Of a stretch of DNA of 64,000 nt, positions 1 to 11,207 are shown piece after piece. The stretch is from an uncultured Actinomycetes bacterium. Lineage in GTDB: Bacteria > Actinomycetota > Acidimicrobiia > IMCC26256 > DASPTH01. The position numbers and the translations under genes are program-made. The stretch spans positions 1,036,209 to 1,100,208 of the forward strand of contig CAVRZT010000001.1 of NCBI GenBank assembly GCA_963725775.1, read 5' to 3'. The notes below the pieces were generated by a model. It was not told where the DNA came from and made no database searches. It worked only from the letters and a program-made list of their open reading frames with translations. The stretch's first letter is position 1; every line of letters starts with the position of its first letter.

Positions 1-1198
1 ACGGTCGCAGCGGCAGGACGCCGTCGTTGGTCAGGAGGCACACCGACTTTGCCGCCACCCGGCGCGCCAGGTCGCGCTGCTCCGCGGTGTCGAACGCCGC
101 GGCCGCGCGCGACGGCTCGACGTACGGGTGTTCGAACAGACCGAGCCGGAGCTTCTGCGCGAGCACGCGTTCGACGGCGACGTCGATCGTCTCCTCGGCC
201 AGACGTCCGTCACGAACCAGCCCAGGCAGCTCCCGGTAGCAGTCGAGGGAGGGCAACTCGACGTCGAGGCCGGCGGTGAGCGCCTGCGCCGCAGCCTCGG
301 CCCGATCCGCGGCGGTGCGGTGGTTGTCGAGCAGCTGGTTCACCGCGAAGTAGTCGGCGACGACCGCGCCGTGGAACCCGAGCTCACCTCGGAGGAGGTC
401 GGTGAGGATCTCGCGTGCGCCCGCGCACGGGAGCCCGTCGATCGACGAATACGAGTTCATGATCCCGTCGAGTGCAGCCTCGCGGATCGCGGCCGCGAAC
501 GGCATCGCGTACACGTCCCGGAGCTCGCGTCCGCCGACGTGGACCGGTGCCTGGTTCCGGCCACCCATCGATGCGGCGTAGCCGAGGAAGTGCTTGGCCG
601 CGCAGGCGACGCCGTTCGAGAGATCGGAGGTCTGCAGACCCTGGACGTACGCGACGCCGAGCCGGGCGCACAGCTCGGGAGACTCGCCGTACGTCTCCTC
701 CACCCTTCCCCAGCGCGGATCGCGGGCCACGTCGAGCACCGGCGAGAGCACGAGGCGCGCGCCGACCGCGAGCATCTGGTGACGAATCACCTCGGCGACC
801 TCGCCGATGAGCGCGGGATCCCACGTGCAGGCCAGACCGAGCGCCTGCGGAAACGTGGTGGCGCCCCGATGGGTGAACCCGCCGACCGCCTCTTCGTGGA
901 GGAGCACCGGGATGCCGAGGCGGGTGTGCTCGACGGCGACGTGCTGGATCTGGTTGATGAGCGTCGCCGAGTCCTCAGCGAGCAGTCCGGTGGACGCACC
1001 GATCCTGGTGATCTGACCGATGCCGTCGGCCAGGAGTTCGCGCGTCGCGGCGTCGTCGAACGCGTCGTTGCGGACGAGCTGCGTGACCCAGATCGCTCCC
1101 AGCTGCGCCACCTTCTCCTCGAGCGTCATGCGGCCGAGCAGGTCGCCGACGCGTTCGTCGACCGACGCCGCAGGGTTCTGGTACGTCTCGATGGTCAT
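1..1198 (-). CDS. Glycoside hydrolase family 3 (beta-xylosidase/glucosidase), N-terminal part; runs off the window
   Basis: Hand translation from ATG 1198: MTIETYQNPAASVDERVGDLLGRMTLEEKVAQL..., a typical GH3 start. Missing from the ORF track because there is no stop in the window. Start overlaps the xylB stop. Confidence 0.9.
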   Translation of the reverse strand, partial: MTIETYQNPAASVDERVGDLLGRMTLEEKVAQLGAIWVTQLVRNDAFDDAATRELLADGIGQITRIGASTGLLAEDSATLINQIQHVAVEHTRLGIPVLLHEEAVGGFTHRGATTFPQALGLACTWDPALIGEVAEVIRHQMLAVGARLVLSPVLDVARDPRWGRVEETYGESPELCARLGVAYVQGLQTSDLSNGVACAAKHFLGYAASMGGRNQAPVHVGGRELRDVYAMPFAAAIREAALDGIMNSYSSIDGLPCAGAREILTDLLRGELGFHGAVVADYFAVNQLLDNHRTAADRAEAAAQALTAGLDVELPSLDCYRELPGLVRDGRLAEETIDVAVERVLAQKLRLGLFEHPYVEPSRAAAAFDTAEQRDLARRVAAKSVCLLTNDGVLPLRP

Positions 1199-2588
1199 GT
1201 GCCCCCCCTGGTTCGCGCCCGGTAGGCCGCGCGCACGGCGTCCGCGTCGACAGCGCTGTCCGGTTCGACGACGTCGCCGTCGTGCACCGACCACGCGGTC
1301 ACGATCTCGCCGACAGTGCACGACCGGAGAACCGCGGCGGCCTGGACGCACGCGCCCGTGGCCACGTGCTCGCCCACGGGCGCGACGAGCACCGGTCGTT
1401 GGGCGAGATCGGCGACGATGCGTCGGTACGCCGCGGACCGCGCGCCTCCCCCACGAGGAAGAGCCGCCCCGCGCGCGTCGCGACCCCGGCCCGCTCGAGC
1501 GCGTCGAGCGCGTCGAGCAGGCTGCAGACCACGCCCTCGAATGCCGCGCGGGCGAGCTGCACCCGCTCCGTGTCGGACCGCAGGCCCACCAACGCGCCGG
1601 TGGCGTCGGGGAGGTTCGGCGTCCGCTCGCCGTCGAGGTAGGGGACCATGACGACACCACCCGCGCCCGGCGCGACGTCGAGCGCGGCGCGGTCCAGCTC
1701 GGAGGTCGACATGCCCAAAAGCCGAGCGATGGTGTCGGTCACCTTGGTGGCGTTGAGGGTGCAGACCAGCGGGAGGTAGCGGCCGGTGGCATCGGCGAAG
1801 CCCGCGACCGCGCCGGTGGCGTCGGCCGTGGGGCGGTCCGACATCGCGAAGACGGTGCCGGAGGTGCCGAGCGAGATGGTGACGTCGCCCTCGACGAGCC
1901 CGAGTCCGAGCGCGGCCGCCATGTTGTCGCCGGTCCCGGGCCCGACGACGACCTCGCCCCACGCGCCCGCAGGAGTCGCCGGTCCGAGCACGGTCGGCGC
2001 GACCGTGGGATCGAGGCCAACCAGGTGCAGGATCTCGGCCGAGTACTTGCCCGTCGCCGGTGACCAGTAACCGGTCCCGGAGGCGTCGCCCCGGTCGGTG
2101 ACGAGCTCACCCGTGAGCCGGTAGGTCAACCAGTCGTGGGGGAGCAGCACGTGACGCACGCGCGCGAAGGCTTCGGGTTCCTGCTCCCGGAGCCAGGCGA
2201 GCTTGGTGACGGTGAACGACGCGACGGGCACGCTGCCGGTGTGCTCGGCCCAGTACGCGGCACCGAGCTCGTCGACGAGGCGTTGCGCCTGCGGTGCCGA
2301 TTCGGTGTCGTTCCACAGCTTCGCCGGTCGGAGTACCCGACGCTGCTCGTCGAGGACGACCATCCCGTGTTGCTGGCCCGCGACGCTGATCGCGGCGACA
2401 TCGTTCGCATGGCCGTCGAGGAGCGACGACAACGCGTGCCACCACGCGTCAGGAGCCTGCTCGCTGCGCGGCGGGACCGTCGGCGGATGCGGCGCAGTCG
2501 CCGAGTGCACCAGCGTTCCGGAGTCGGCATCGCGTACTTCGATCTTGCACGACTGCGTCGACGAATCGGTCCCGACGACGAGGCTCAT
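1195..2588 (-). CDS. xylB: Xylulokinase (one frameshift near 1450)
   Basis: FGGY kinase motifs GTDSSTQSCK, GQQHG, LWND, GDNMAAALG, PYLDGERTP. The C-terminus GGGARSAAYRRIVADL lies in the 1195..1962 frame. Confidence 0.92.
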
Positions 2589-3745
2589 GTCGCGGCGAGC
2601 TCTCGAGCGCCTTCGAACGCGAGTAGGACCGCGCCCGCGAGGGCAGGGTCACCCGTGAGCCCGGTGGCGACCACCGGTACCCGTTCCGGTTCGAGGACGT
2701 CCTCGTGCAGGGCGGCGCGGAGCGGTTCGAGGAGGAGGTCGCCGGCCGGCGACGCCTCGCCCCCGACCACGACCAGCTCGGGATTGAGGATGCTGACGAG
2801 ATATGAGGTCCCGAGCCCGAGGAGATGTCCGGCGGCGCGGAGGGTCTCGCGCGCGCTGTCGTCGCCGTTGTCCGCGTCGTCGATGACGTCGCGCACACTC
2901 GCTCGGCCTGCAGCATCTGCGATCGCAGGCCCCGAAGTGAAGACCTCCAGGCAGCCGCGCTTGCCGCAGTGACAGCGCGGTCCGTCGTCGACGACGCGGC
3001 AGTGGCCGATCTCGCCGGCGAACCCTCGCGTGCCGTAGACGAGTTTGCCGTCGTGGACGATGGCGCTCCCCACGCCGGAGCCGACGTACAGCCAGACGAA
3101 GGTGCGCGCGTGCGTGGCGACCCCATGACGTGCTTCGGCGAGTGCCGACGCCTGCGTGCTGTTGTAGGCGTCGGTTGGGACGGCGATCGCCTCGCCGATC
3201 GCCTCGCCGATCGCGTGCGCGATGGGCACGTCTCGCCACTCGAGGTTCGGCGCGATCGTGCAGACGCCGCTTGCACGGTCGACGAGGCCGGGAATGGCAA
3301 CCGCGGCGCGCCGCACGTGTTGCATCGACATGTCCGCGTCGCGGAGTGCGGCGCGCGTGAGTCGTCGAACGTGCTCGACCGAGCGTTCCGGCACGCCGAC
3401 CGCCGAGTCGCAGGTGTGGCTCGCGAGCACCGCGGCGCGCCCGTCGGCGACGGCGACGGTCGTGTGGTCGACGCCGATGTGGATGCCGAGGTACGCCTCG
3501 GTGCGGGCATCGAAGTCGAGCAGCGTCGGTGGGCGCCCGCCCGTCGTCTCGCCGACGCCGGTCTCGAACACGACGCCGTCGGCGATGAGCTCGTCGACGA
3601 TCCCCGAGACGGTGGGCTTGGCGAGGAGCGTCCGCCGCGCGACCTCGGTCCGGGCCATCGGGCCGGACCGGCGCAGGAGATCGAGCACGACCGCGCGGTT
3701 GTGCCCGCGCATCACTCGGCGGTCGATCTTGGCGGCGCTTGCCAT
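2585..3745 (-). CDS. xylR: ROK-family xylose repressor
   Basis: N-terminal HTH, GGRP motif, GFAGEIGH and CHCGKRGCLE zinc motif; located between xylA and xylB. Confidence 0.88.
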   Translation of the reverse strand: MASAAKIDRRVMRGHNRAVVLDLLRRSGPMARTEVARRTLLAKPTVSGIVDELIADGVVFETGVGETTGGRPPTLLDFDARTEAYLGIHIGVDHTTVAVADGRAAVLASHTCDSAVGVPERSVEHVRRLTRAALRDADMSMQHVRRAAVAIPGLVDRASGVCTIAPNLEWRDVPIAHAIGEAIGEAIAVPTDAYNSTQASALAEARHGVATHARTFVWLYVGSGVGSAIVHDGKLVYGTRGFAGEIGHCRVVDDGPRCHCGKRGCLEVFTSGPAIADAAGRASVRDVIDDADNGDDSARETLRAAGHLLGLGTSYLVSILNPELVVVGGEASPAGDLLLEPLRAALHEDVLEPERVPVVATGLTGDPALAGAVLLAFEGARELAAT

Positions 3746-3755
3746 CAAGGCCGTA

Positions 3756-3780
3756 ACTTAGTACGGTCAGCGAACAAAGT
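3756..3780. promoter_or_regulatory. XylR (ROK) operator
   Basis: Imperfect 25-bp inverted repeat ACTTAGTAC-N7-GAACAAAGT in the divergent xylR/xylA gap; resembles known XylR operators. Confidence 0.75.
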
Positions 3781-3834
3781 GCAGTGGAGAACAGCCGGCG
3801 CCCCGTCGCCCGCCCCGAACGCCCGAGGTGGCGC

Positions 3835-4992
3835 ATGTCCGATCGCTACGTCCCGACCCCCGACGACCATTTCACCTTCGGCCTCTGGACGGTGGGCAAC
3901 CCCGGCCGCGACCCGTTCGGTCACGAGGTCCGGCCGCCGCTGGATCCGGTGGATTCGGTGCGACACTTGGCGGAGGTGGGCGCGTACGGCGTGAGCTTCC
4001 ACGACGACGACCTCGTCCCGCCGGGCTCGTCGCCCGCCGAGCGCGAGGCGATCGTGAAGCGGTTCCGCCGCGCGCTCGACGACACCGGTCTGAAGGTGCC
4101 GATGGCGACGTGCAACCTGTTCTCGCAGCCCGTGTTCCGATCGGGCGCGTTCACCGCGAACGACGTGAACGTCCGCCGCTTCGCGGTGGCCAAGGTCCTC
4201 GACGCGATCGACCTCGGCGTCGAGCTCGGCGCGCAGGTCTTCGTCATGTGGGGTGGCCGTGAAGGCTGCGAGGTCGACGCCGCGATGGACACCCGTGCGG
4301 CGCTCGACCGCTACGCCGAGGCGATCAACCTCGCCTGTGAGTACGCGATCAGTCGCGGGTACGAGTTGCGGTTCGCGCTCGAACCCAAGCCGAACGAGCC
4401 GCGCGGCGACATCCTGCTGCCCACGGTCGGACACATGCTCGCGTTCATCGAGAAGCTCGAGTATCCCGACATGGTCGGCGTGAACCCCGAGTTTGCGCAC
4501 GAGACCATGTCGGGCCTGTCGTTCCACCACGCGGTCGCGCAGGCGCTGTGGCACGGCAAGCTCTTCCACATCGATCTCAACGCGCAGCGGCCCGGCAAGT
4601 ACGACCAGGACTTCCGCTTCGGCTCCGAGGGCATCCGTGACGCGTTCTACCTCGTGAAGCTCCTCGAAGACGCGGGCTACGACGGGATGCGTCACTTCGA
4701 CGCCCATCCCTACCGCACCGAAGACGAAGCCGGCGTGTGGGACTTCGCGCGCGGGTGCATCCGCACGTACCTGATCCTGCGGGAGAAGGCGCAACGGTTT
4801 CACGAGGACGCCGAGATCCAGGCCGCGCTCGAGGTCGCGAAGGTGTCCGAGCTCGCGGTGCCGACGCTCCCGTCGGGTGGCATCGAGGCGTTGCGGCGGG
4901 AGGTGCCCGACCCGGTTGCGCTGGCGCAGCGCGGTCAGGGACTCGAGCACCTGGACCAGCTCGTCAACGAGCTGCTCCTCGGCGTGCGGTAG
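3835..4992 (+). CDS. xylA: Xylose isomerase (Streptomyces-type)
   Basis: [51 protein letters not shown] motifs. Confidence 0.97.
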   Translation: MSDRYVPTPDDHFTFGLWTVGNPGRDPFGHEVRPPLDPVDSVRHLAEVGAYGVSFHDDDLVPPGSSPAEREAIVKRFRRALDDTGLKVPMATCNLFSQPVFRSGAFTANDVNVRRFAVAKVLDAIDLGVELGAQVFVMWGGREGCEVDAAMDTRAALDRYAEAINLACEYAISRGYELRFALEPKPNEPRGDILLPTVGHMLAFIEKLEYPDMVGVNPEFAHETMSGLSFHHAVAQALWHGKLFHIDLNAQRPGKYDQDFRFGSEGIRDAFYLVKLLEDAGYDGMRHFDAHPYRTEDEAGVWDFARGCIRTYLILREKAQRFHEDAEIQAALEVAKVSELAVPTLPSGGIEALRREVPDPVALAQRGQGLEHLDQLVNELLLGVR

Positions 4993-4997
4993 GACCC

Positions 4998-5483
4998 TCA
5001 GTCGTTTCGTTCGGCCTCGGCCTTGAGCTTGGCCAGCGTCTCGGGCATTCCGGATTCCGCCATGCCCTTCATGCCGTCGAGGCGTTGCGCGACGTCGCCA
5101 GTGACCTCGCTCTCGTTGAGGAAGCTCTCGACGTACGCGGGGAGCACCTCCCAGGTCTGCGTCACCTCGGTCTTCCCCTCGCCGGCAGCGCGGAGCGTGA
5201 AGCCCCAGCGGACGATCTCGTAGTTGCCCTCCTGGCCACAGTTCACGAACGCGAACTCCTGCCCGGGTTCGGCGACGGCCACGCGACAGCGGGTCGACCA
5301 GGTGAACTCGCCGATGGCGTTGTCGCCGGTGAACCACGTCGGATCGTCGGCGTCGTACCGACCGCCGGTGCAGACCGGGCTCCACCGTCCCATGGCGCTC
5401 ACGTCGGCGAGGAGGTCGTAGATCTCGCCGGCCGCAGCGTCGATGGTCAGGGTCTCGGTCCGGCGGTACGCGCTCAGGTCCAT
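4998..5483 (-). CDS. SRPBCC (polyketide cyclase/START-like) protein
   Basis: IYDLLADVSAMGRWSP and WSTRCRV..AEPGQEFAF pattern. Confidence 0.8.
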   Translation of the reverse strand: MDLSAYRRTETLTIDAAAGEIYDLLADVSAMGRWSPVCTGGRYDADDPTWFTGDNAIGEFTWSTRCRVAVAEPGQEFAFVNCGQEGNYEIVRWGFTLRAAGEGKTEVTQTWEVLPAYVESFLNESEVTGDVAQRLDGMKGMAESGMPETLAKLKAEAERND

Positions 5484-5606
5484 GGTTGCTCCCCGTGGCG
5501 ATGGTGGTGGCGGTGGCGGACGGTATCACCGTCGGGGGGCGCCGAGCGCGGTCACGTGCCCGGTCCCGTAGTGTCGGCCCGCAGGCGGATCCGACCGGAG
5601 GTGGCA

Positions 5607-6411
5607 ATGTCCGAGACCGCACCCGTGCTTCTGGTCGAGGTCGCAGACCGCATCGCGACGCTGACCCTCAACCGGCCCGACGCGCGGAACGCGCTCAGCC
5701 GCGCGCTGACCTTCGCGTTGTGGGACGCGGTGCTCGCCGCCGGTGACGATCCCGACGTCGACGCGGTGATCCTGACCGGCGCCGATCCCGCCTTCTCAGC
5801 CGGCGTCGACCTCAAGGAGATCACGGGTGAGCTCCCCCGCACCGCGGAGGATCGCGCGCCGGGTGAAGGTCCCGAGCGCTACGACAACGGGCTCTACCGG
5901 TTCCTCCCCGTCATCCCGAAGCCCGTCATCGGCGCGATCAACGGCGTCGCGGTGACCGGCGGCCTTGAGCTCGCGTTGCAGTGCACCTTCCTCGTCGCGT
6001 CGGAACGCGCACGCTTCGCCGACACCCACGCCCGCGTCGGCATCATGCCGGGAGGCGGCATCACCGTGCTGCTCGCGCAGTCGATCGGTCTCCGACGCGC
6101 GATCGAGATGTCGCTCACCGGCAACTTCATGACCGCCGAGGAAGCGCTCGGCCTCGGCCTCGTCAACCACGTCGTGCCCCACGAGGAGCTGCTGCCGTGC
6201 GCGCGGTGTCGCCGGTGACATCGTGAACAACGACCAGCAGGGTGTCCGCCGCCTCTTGGAGCACTACCGACGACTGCCGAACGCGGCCACCGTCGACGAA
6301 GCGCACCTCATCGAGGGCTATATGGCCGAGATCTGGCAACGGGGCACGAGCGACGTCGCCAGCCGGCGCGACGCGGTCACCGAGCGCGGCCGTTCGCAGA
6401 CCCAGGGCTGA
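5607..6411 (+). CDS. Enoyl-CoA hydratase/isomerase (frameshift near 6205)
   Basis: TLNRPDARNALS, FSAGVDL, GAINGVAVTGGLELALQC; the C-terminus continues in ORF 6223..6411. Confidence 0.88.
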
Positions 6412-6414
6412 CGG

Positions 6415-7422
6415 GTGGAGCTCCGGCCCTTCGGCACGACCGGTGTCGCCGTCGCGCCGTTGGTGCTGGGCGCGATGAACTTCGGGATCGCGACGCCACC
6501 CGAGGAGGCGGCAGTCATGCTCGACCGCGCGTTCGACGCGGGGATCACCGTCGTCGACACTGCCGACGTCTACGGCGAGAGCGAGCAGGTCGTCGGCGAT
6601 GCGCTCGCCGCCAGCCGACGGCGCGACCAGGTGCTGCTCGCGACGAAGGTCGGTCTCCCGCATGGAGAGGGGTCTCCCGACCAGTGGCACCGGCGCGAGC
6701 ACCTCGTCGCGTCGTGTGATCGTTCGCTGCGTCGCTTGCGCACCGATCGGATCGACCTCTACCAGCTGCACCGTCCGTCGAGCGTCGTGCCGTTGGACGA
6801 GACCGTCGGGGTGCTCGGCGAGCTCGTCGACGCCGGCAAGGTGCGCTGGATCGGTTCGTCGACCTTCGCCGCATGGATGGTGGTCGACGAGCTGGCGCTC
6901 GCGCGTGAGCGCAACCTGCCCGCGTTCGTGAGTGAGCAGCCTCCGTACAACTTGCTCGATCGGCGCATCGAGAACGAGCTGCTCCCCGCGTGCGCGCACC
7001 ACGGGGTGGCGGTGCTGCCGTGGTCACCGATCGGCGGGGGACTGCTCAGCGGGCGCTACGACTCAATCGACCGGTTCCCCGACGGCTCGCGCGCCGCGCG
7101 CATTCCCCAGACGCGCGCGCGGGTCACCGAACCCGGACTCGCGGTGGCGTCGGCCCTCGCGGAGTTGGCGCGCGAGCGCGGGCTGAGCACGTCGCAGCTC
7201 GCGCTCCTCTGGGTCAAGGACCAGCCTGGGGTCACGGCACCGATCGTCGGTCCGCGCACGCTCGCGCAGCTCGACGACGCCCTCGCGGTGCTCGACCTCG
7301 CCCTCGACGACGCCGCCCGCGTCGCCTGTGACGCCCTGGTCCACCCGGGCAATGCGGCGGTCGACTTCCACAACTCGGCGGGCTGGATGCGGGCGACGGT
7401 TCCGGGTGGCCGTGCGAAGTAG
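6415..7422 (+). CDS. Aldo/keto reductase
   Basis: LGAMNFG, DTADVYG, SLRRLRTDRIDLYQLH, WSPIGGG. Confidence 0.92.
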   Translation: MELRPFGTTGVAVAPLVLGAMNFGIATPPEEAAVMLDRAFDAGITVVDTADVYGESEQVVGDALAASRRRDQVLLATKVGLPHGEGSPDQWHRREHLVASCDRSLRRLRTDRIDLYQLHRPSSVVPLDETVGVLGELVDAGKVRWIGSSTFAAWMVVDELALARERNLPAFVSEQPPYNLLDRRIENELLPACAHHGVAVLPWSPIGGGLLSGRYDSIDRFPDGSRAARIPQTRARVTEPGLAVASALAELARERGLSTSQLALLWVKDQPGVTAPIVGPRTLAQLDDALAVLDLALDDAARVACDALVHPGNAAVDFHNSAGWMRATVPGGRAK

Positions 7423-7487
7423 AAGGGTCTTCTCTTTTTGGTAGATGGGTGTTAGAGTCAGCCGGTCTGACGAAGGGGAGGACTGCT

Positions 7488-8754
7488 GTGCCGCATTTCG
7501 CGAAGCCCGCCGAGGGCTCCTGGACCGAGCACTATCCGCAGCTCAACACGGGCCCGGTGTCCTACGAGGACTCGATCTCGCCGGAGCACTACGAGCTGGA
7601 GCGCCAGGCGATCTTCGCCAAGACCTGGCTCAACGTCGGTCGGGTGGAGCAGATCCCCAGGAAGGGGAGCTACTTCACCAAGGAGATCGACGCCGCCCGC
7701 ACCTCGATCATCGTGGTGCGCGCCGGCGACGACCAGGTGCGCGCGTTCTACAACATCTGTCGCCACCGCGGGAACAAGCTGGTGTGGCAGGACTACCCCG
7801 ACGAAGAGGTGAACGGCACCTGCCGGCAGTTCCAGTGCAAGTACCACGGCTGGCGGTACTCGCTCGAAGGTGACCTCACCTTCGTGCAGCAGGAAGCCGA
7901 GTTCTTCGACCTCGACAAGGCCGACTACGGGCTCGCGCCCGTCCGGGTGGAGACGTGGGAGGGGTTCATCTTCGTGAACCTCGACGCCACCGACACCACA
8001 CCGTTGCGCGACTACCTGGGCGAGCTCGGCAAGGGCCTCGAGGGCTACCCCTTCGGCGAGATGACGCAGGTGTACAAGTACCGCGCCGAGGTCGGCGCGA
8101 ACTGGAAGCTGTTCATCGACGCCTTCGCGGAGTTCTACCACGCACCGATCCTGCACGCGAAGCAGGCGGTGTCGGAGGAGTCGCAGAAGCTCGCGGGCTA
8201 CGGCTACGAGGCCTTGGCGTACGCGCTCGACGGTCCGCACGGCATGGTCTCGTCGTGGGGCGGCATGTCGCCGCCGAAGGACCTCGACATGGTGAAGCCG
8301 ATCGAGCGGGTGCTCCACAGCGGCCTCTTCGGCCCGTGGGAGAAGACCATCGACATCGACCTGCCCGAGGCGGTGAACCCGGCGCGCTCGAAGGCGTGGG
8401 GTGTCGACAGCTTCGTGTTCTTCCCGAACTTCATGGTGCTCATCTGGCAGCCGAACTGGTACCTCACGTACCACTACTGGCCGACGTCGGTGAACTCGCA
8501 CATCTTCGAGGGCACGCTCTACTTCGTGCCGCCGAAGAACGCGCGGGAGCGGCTGCAACAGGAGCTCGCGGCGGTCACGTTCAAGGAGTACGCGCTGCAG
8601 GACGGCAACACGCTCGAAGCGACGCAGAAGTCGCTCGAGTCCCGCGTCGTCCAGCAGTTCCCCCTGAACGACCAGGAGATCCTGCTGCGCCAGCTGCACC
8701 AGACCGCCCGCGGCTACGTCGCCGACCACGCGCCGGCCGCGGCGCACGTCCTGA
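7488..8754 (+). CDS. Rieske non-heme iron oxygenase alpha subunit (copy 1)
   Basis: Rieske CRHRG...CKYHGW; mononuclear Fe site NWK..DAFAEFYHAPILH...D; RBS GGGGAGGA before GTG 7488. Reads through into the next gene in this assembly. Confidence 0.92.
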
Positions 8755-8771
8755 CGAAGGAGCTGACGAAC

Positions 8772-9098
8772 ATGGCCACCCTTCCCGCAGATTTCGCCGA
8801 CCTCGAGCCGTTCTCCGACTGGTGCCTCGAGTGGGAGCGTGAGCGGTACGCCAAGCGGCTCGCGAGCACCATGGACGAGATGCAGGCGTTCTACGACGCC
8901 GCGTTTCCCCGGCTCGAAGCGGCCATGGAGTACCTCGACCAGTACCCGCTCGACGCGCTGCCCGAGGACGCTTCACATCTGCTCTGGCTCTGCTACTCGC
9001 TGGTGAACGTGTCGTTCCCGATCGAGGTGTGGCGCCAGCCGCGGGTGCCCGACAGCGGCGCCGCCACCATGGACGTCGTCGTCGAACCTGCCGTCTGA
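8772..9098 (+). CDS. Conserved ~108-aa hypothetical protein following the Rieske alpha subunit
   Basis: MATLPADFADLEPFSDWCLEWERERYAKRL...; has its own AAGGAG RBS; paralog at 17296..17627. Confidence 0.8.
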   Translation: MATLPADFADLEPFSDWCLEWERERYAKRLASTMDEMQAFYDAAFPRLEAAMEYLDQYPLDALPEDASHLLWLCYSLVNVSFPIEVWRQPRVPDSGAATMDVVVEPAV

Positions 9099-9114
9099 CC
9101 ACGGGGGTCGCACC

Positions 9115-9498
9115 ATGGAAGAGACCGAGGAGCTCCGCGCCGCGCGGGCGATGCGGCGGGCGATGCTCGGCGACGCCTACGTCGACCGCGCGACCTCCGA
9201 CGCCGAGCCCGTCGCGGTCGAGTTCCAGGACTACGTCACTTCGATGGCGTGGGGCGTGTGGACCCGTGGCGGTCCGCTCACCACGCGCGACCGGAGCCTG
9301 CTGGTGATGGCGATGACGGCCGCGCTCGGTCGGATGGAGGAGTTCCGTCTCCATGCGAGCAGCATCGCCCAGACCGGCGTGACCGACGACGAGGTCGACG
9401 AGCTGCTGTTCCAGATCGCCGCGTACTGCGGCGCGCCCGCCGCGGTGTCGGCTCGGCGCGAGATCCAGGCCGTGCGCGCCGAGCGCGCCGGAGGTTGA
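9115..9498 (+). CDS. Carboxymuconolactone decarboxylase family protein
   Basis: WGVWTRGGPLTTRDRSL...AAYCGAP (PcaC-like). Confidence 0.85.
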   Translation: MEETEELRAARAMRRAMLGDAYVDRATSDAEPVAVEFQDYVTSMAWGVWTRGGPLTTRDRSLLVMAMTAALGRMEEFRLHASSIAQTGVTDDEVDELLFQIAAYCGAPAAVSARREIQAVRAERAGG

Positions 9499-9500
9499 CC

Positions 9501-10356
9501 GTGGCCACCGTCGGATTCGTTGGTCTCGGCAACATGGGCAGCGTGCTCGCGTCGAACCTGGTGCAGACCGGTCACACCGTCGTCGCGCACGACGTGCTCG
9601 GGCCCGAACGGGTCCCCGACGGCGCGACCTACGCCTCCGACGTCGGGGAGCTCGCCCGCGCCGCCGACGTCGTCGTGCTCAGCCTTCCGGACGGTCCGGC
9701 GAGCGAGGCGGTGGTCGGGGAGATCCTGGCCGTCGCCGATCGCCGCGTCACCTCCGTCGTCGACACGTCGACCATCGGGGTGCAGACCGCGCGCCACCTG
9801 GGCGAGCTGCTCGCGGCCGCCGGGGTCATGTACGTCGATGCGCCGGTGTCGGGCGGGGTGGCCGGAGCCCGCGCCCGCACGCTCGCGGTGATGTACGCGG
9901 GCAGCGACGACGCCTGCGCCGAGGTCGCCCCGGTGCTCGCCGGTCTGAGCGACTTCCGCCACCGGGTGGGCGACCGGCCCGGTCTCGCCCAGGCGATGAA
10001 GTTGGCGAACAACTTCCTGTCCGCCACCACGCTGGCCGCGACCAGCGAGGCCATCGCCTTCGGGGTGTCGGAGGGGCTCGAGATGTCGACGATGCTGGAG
10101 GTCTTGAACGGCGCCAGTGGCCGGAGCGCGGCGACCGCCGACAAGTTCCCGAACCACGTGCTGACCGGTCGCTACGCGTCGGGGTTCACCAACTCGTTGA
10201 TGACGAAAGACGTGCAGCTGTACCTCAGCGCGGTCGACGACGCGCGAAGGGCCGTCGGCGATCGGTGCGGTGACCGCATCGGTGTGGGCGCGGTTCGCGG
10301 CGGCGGAACCCGGCGCCGACTTCACCCGCATCTATCCCTTCGTCGAAGGCTCGTGA
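9501..10356 (+). CDS. 3-hydroxyisobutyrate dehydrogenase-family NAD(P) oxidoreductase (frameshift near 10245)
   Basis: GFVGLGNMG, DAPVSGG, KLANN, KDVQL. Confidence 0.88.
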
Positions 10357-10375
10357 TGATCGAGGAGGAGCGCCG

Positions 10376-11207
10376 ATGAGCGTGTTGACCACGAAGCAGC
10401 TCGGGAGCAACGTCGGTGCCGAGGTGCTCGACGTCGACCGCGACCGATTGCTGCACGACGAGGAGCTCCCCGCCGCGACGCTCGAGGCGCTCGACGCGAA
10501 CGGCGCCCTCGTGTTCCGCGACCTGCACGTCGACGACGCGACGCAGGTCGCGTTCAGCCGAAAGCTCGGCAAGGTCGAGGTGTTGGGCAAGGGCGAGCTC
10601 CCGGAGATCTTCCGGGTCACGCTCGACCCGGCCAAGAACCCTGTGGCTGCATACCTCCGCGGCACCTTCGACTGGCACCTCGACGGCGCCACCGACGACA
10701 TCCCCATCATGGCGACCGTGCTCAGCGCGCACGCGGTCGCGGCGTCGGGCGGGGAGACCGAGTTCTCCAGCACCTACGCCGCGTACGACGACCTCTCCGA
10801 CGCCGACAAGGAGCGCTACCAGAAGGTGCGCGTCGTGCACTCCTTCGAGGCGGCGCAGCGTCTCACGACTCCCAACCCGTCGCCCGAGGAGCTGGCGATG
10901 TGGCGGAAGCGACCGTCGAAGACCCACCCGCTGGTCTGGCGGCACCAGTCGGGGCGACGATCCCTCGTGCTCGGCGCGACCGACCTCGCACGTCGAGGGA
11001 ATGGACGTCGACGAAGGACGCGCCTTGCTCGACGAGCTGCTGGCGTGGTCCACCACACCGGAGCGGGTGTACCGGCACGAGTGGTCGGTCGGCGACATGG
11101 TCATCTGGGACAACCGCGGCGTGCTGCACCGAGCGCTTCCCTACGACGCAGCATCGGCGCGCGACATGCACCGCACGACCATCGCCGGTGAGGAGCCGAT
11201 CCAATGA
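10376..11207 (+). CDS. TauD/TfdA alpha-ketoglutarate-dependent dioxygenase (frameshift near 10985)
   Basis: WHLDG, GGETEF, HPLVWRH, WDNRGVLHR. Confidence 0.9.

Noticed and set aside
128-1225. Long antisense and alternate-frame ORFs here and throughout (e.g. 17522..19537, 27081..29252, 45034..46557)
   Set aside because: Shadow ORFs of high-GC genes: Arg/Pro-rich with no motifs.
3185-3214. 12-bp tandem duplication in xylR (AIGEAIGE)
   Set aside because: A short in-frame slippage repeat with no evident significance.
7421-7436. AGAAG-GGT-CTTCT inverted repeat upstream of Rieske copy 1
   Set aside because: Arms of only 5 bp and no convincing second copy; could be a weak terminator or chance.
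7449-9098. Apparent natural fusion of the Rieske alpha subunit and the small protein (549-aa ORF)
   Set aside because: An out-of-frame TGA at 8752, an AAGGAG RBS before ATG 8772 and separate genes in the paralogous copy point to an indel artefact.
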